From assembly GCA_018436095.1 (NCBI GenBank), contig JAHDMJ010000005.1, positions 76,400-140,399 on the forward strand: a stretch of 64,000 bases of DNA. The letters run 5' to 3'. The notes beneath the pieces were generated by a model. It was given only the letters and a program-made list of their open reading frames with translations. It did not search any database and was not told the DNA's origin. Position 1 is the stretch's first letter. Each line of letters starts with the position of its first letter. Source of the stretch: Clostridia bacterium (GTDB lineage: Bacteria > Bacillota > Peptococcia > DRI-13 > UBA5745). Shown here in pieces: positions 62,757 through 64,000 of the stretch. A program made the translations under genes and the position numbers.

Positions 62757-63734
62757 CTACGCGAAGTGACAAGAAACGAAATGTCCAGGCCCCGCTTCTT
62801 TCAAAGGCGGCTCAACTTGATTGCATATTTCTTTGCTTAGATTGCAACGGTTAGCAAACCTGCATATAGGTTTCGGGTTAATAGGATTTGTTACTTCACC
62901 TTTTATGGTATGTATCTCTTTCGACCTCATCGTAATATCAGGCATAGGTATAGAAGCCAAAAGCGCTTTGGTATAGGGATGTTTGGGGTTGGAAAACAAA
63001 TCCCTGGTTTTAGCTTTCTCCACGCATTTCCCTAAATACATCACTACTATTTCCTGAGAAATATGTTTAACAACCGATAAATCATGGGTAATGAAAATAT
63101 AGGCAAGACCCTTTTCTTCCTGCAAATCCATTAATAAGTTTAGGATTTGGGCCTGAATGGATACGTCCAAAGCTGAGACAGGTTCGTCGCAAACAATAAA
63201 CTCCGGTTGTAAAGATAAAGCCCGGGCAACCCCTATTCTTTGTCTTCTGCCTCCGTCCAGCTCGTGAGGATAAACGTTGGCACAACGCCTGGCTAAACCT
63301 ACTACATCCATTAACTGGGCAGCCTGATTTAAACAAGCCCTTTTACTGTCATAGGTATGGTTGACAATCATAAACTCAGCAATTATTTCTATAACAGACA
63401 TCCTGGGATTAATGCTTGAATATGGATCTTGAAAAATGATTTGCATTTTTTTACGCATTTCCTGCATTTCTTTTTTACTATAGTTCACGATACTTTGTCC
63501 TCTAAACCTAATATCGCCGCTTGTGGGCTCCACCAGCCTGAGGATGCTTCTGCCCAAGGTGCTTTTACCACACCCGGATTCCCCCACGATACCTAAAGTC
63601 TTTCCCTCATATACTTCCAGAGAAACACTATCTACTGCATGAAGGACACCGTCACGAACTTTAAAATATTTCTTAAGATCGACAGTTTCAACCAGAGGTT
63701 TATCTGCAGAAATTAAGCTTTCATCCCTATTCAT
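62757..63734 (-). CDS. oppF: Oligopeptide/dipeptide ABC transporter ATP-binding protein (OppF/DppF type)
   Basis: 325 aa: GESGCGKST, LDGGRRQR, IVCDEP, ITHD, and the C-terminal oligopeptide-type Cys motif (CRFANRC...C). Confidence 0.85.
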   Translation of the reverse strand: MNRDESLISADKPLVETVDLKKYFKVRDGVLHAVDSVSLEVYEGKTLGIVGESGCGKSTLGRSILRLVEPTSGDIRFRGQSIVNYSKKEMQEMRKKMQIIFQDPYSSINPRMSVIEIIAEFMIVNHTYDSKRACLNQAAQLMDVVGLARRCANVYPHELDGGRRQRIGVARALSLQPEFIVCDEPVSALDVSIQAQILNLLMDLQEEKGLAYIFITHDLSVVKHISQEIVVMYLGKCVEKAKTRDLFSNPKHPYTKALLASIPMPDITMRSKEIHTIKGEVTNPINPKPICRFANRCNLSKEICNQVEPPLKEAGPGHFVSCHFA

Positions 63735-64000
63735 CGGTATCCCTCCCCTTTTGAAATAGATGGCACTTAATTCTATGACTACCCCTTACAAACTCTTGGG
63801 GATGCACTTTAATACAGACGTCCATTGCCTTAGGGCAGCGCTGGGCAAATTTACAGCCCGGAACTATTATCGTTGGATCAGGCATTAAACCAGGTATAGG
63901 GTTTAACCTTCTGGCCTCTACCTTCAGGTTTGGAATTGAGCCAAACAAACCTTCTGTATAAGGATGATGTTGCTTACTGCAAAAAATATCCCCGGCTGTT
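63727..64000 (-). CDS. oppD: Oligopeptide/dipeptide ABC ATP-binding protein (OppD/DppD type), C-terminal part only
   Basis: The frame is open to the window edge. It contains KQHHPYTEGLFGSIP (HPYT motif) and the CKFAQRCPKAMDVC C-terminal domain. It overlaps the oppF start by 8 nt. Confidence 0.75.
   Translation of the reverse strand, partial: TAGDIFCSKQHHPYTEGLFGSIPNLKVEARRLNPIPGLMPDPTIIVPGCKFAQRCPKAMDVCIKVHPQEFVRGSHRIKCHLFQKGRDTDE

Overview
The window reads as chromosomal DNA from a spore-forming anaerobic Firmicute, Clostridia- or Negativicutes-like. Support comes from SpoVT, a DpaA-like gene, a YhcN/YlaJ lipoprotein, DUF421/DUF4363 and an SLH-anchored giant surface protein. I cannot name the species. 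By eye GC is roughly 50-55%, with clearly AT-richer blocks at 7.9-8.9 kb and from 61.1 kb onward. About 55 genes are supported, and most lie on the minus strand.

Main gene content:
- A LysR-controlled operon: methionine-gamma-lyase-type PLP enzyme, M20 hydrolase, YfcC transporter and FNT channel.
- A six-gene polyamine cluster: speD, speA, speE, speB, carboxy(nor)spermidine dehydrogenase and decarboxylase.
- Two N-acyl-D-amino-acid deacylase paralogs.
- A 1453-aa FN3/SLH surface protein operon next to an internally duplicated AraC regulator.
- Na/Pi-PhoU, SufCB and an OmpR/HisKA two-component pair.
- Two NitT/TauT-type ABC loci. One has a fused permease-ATPase; the other sits behind a BioB-like radical SAM gene.
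- A single-subunit 2-hydroxyacyl-CoA-dehydratase-like protein with its activase.
- The start of an Opp ATPase pair.

No rRNA, tRNA, CRISPR array or intact transposase was seen.

The most unusual signal is non-coding. Three intergenic loci (37.7-38.3 kb, 40.9-41.6 kb and 52.1-52.5 kb) carry a related composite repeat family. Its core is two opposed arrays of a 16-nt motif (ACAAACCTGCAATTTT) spaced exactly 40-41 bp apart around an 80-90 bp core. These arrays are flanked by short GC-rich tandem repeats with periods of 14, 20 and 37 bp. A separate 230-bp MITE-like element with long terminal inverted repeats occurs twice. One copy splits the polyamine cluster. The other is nested in a repeat array and supplies the last codons and stop of the fused ABC gene. 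I do not recognise these repeats as a described family.
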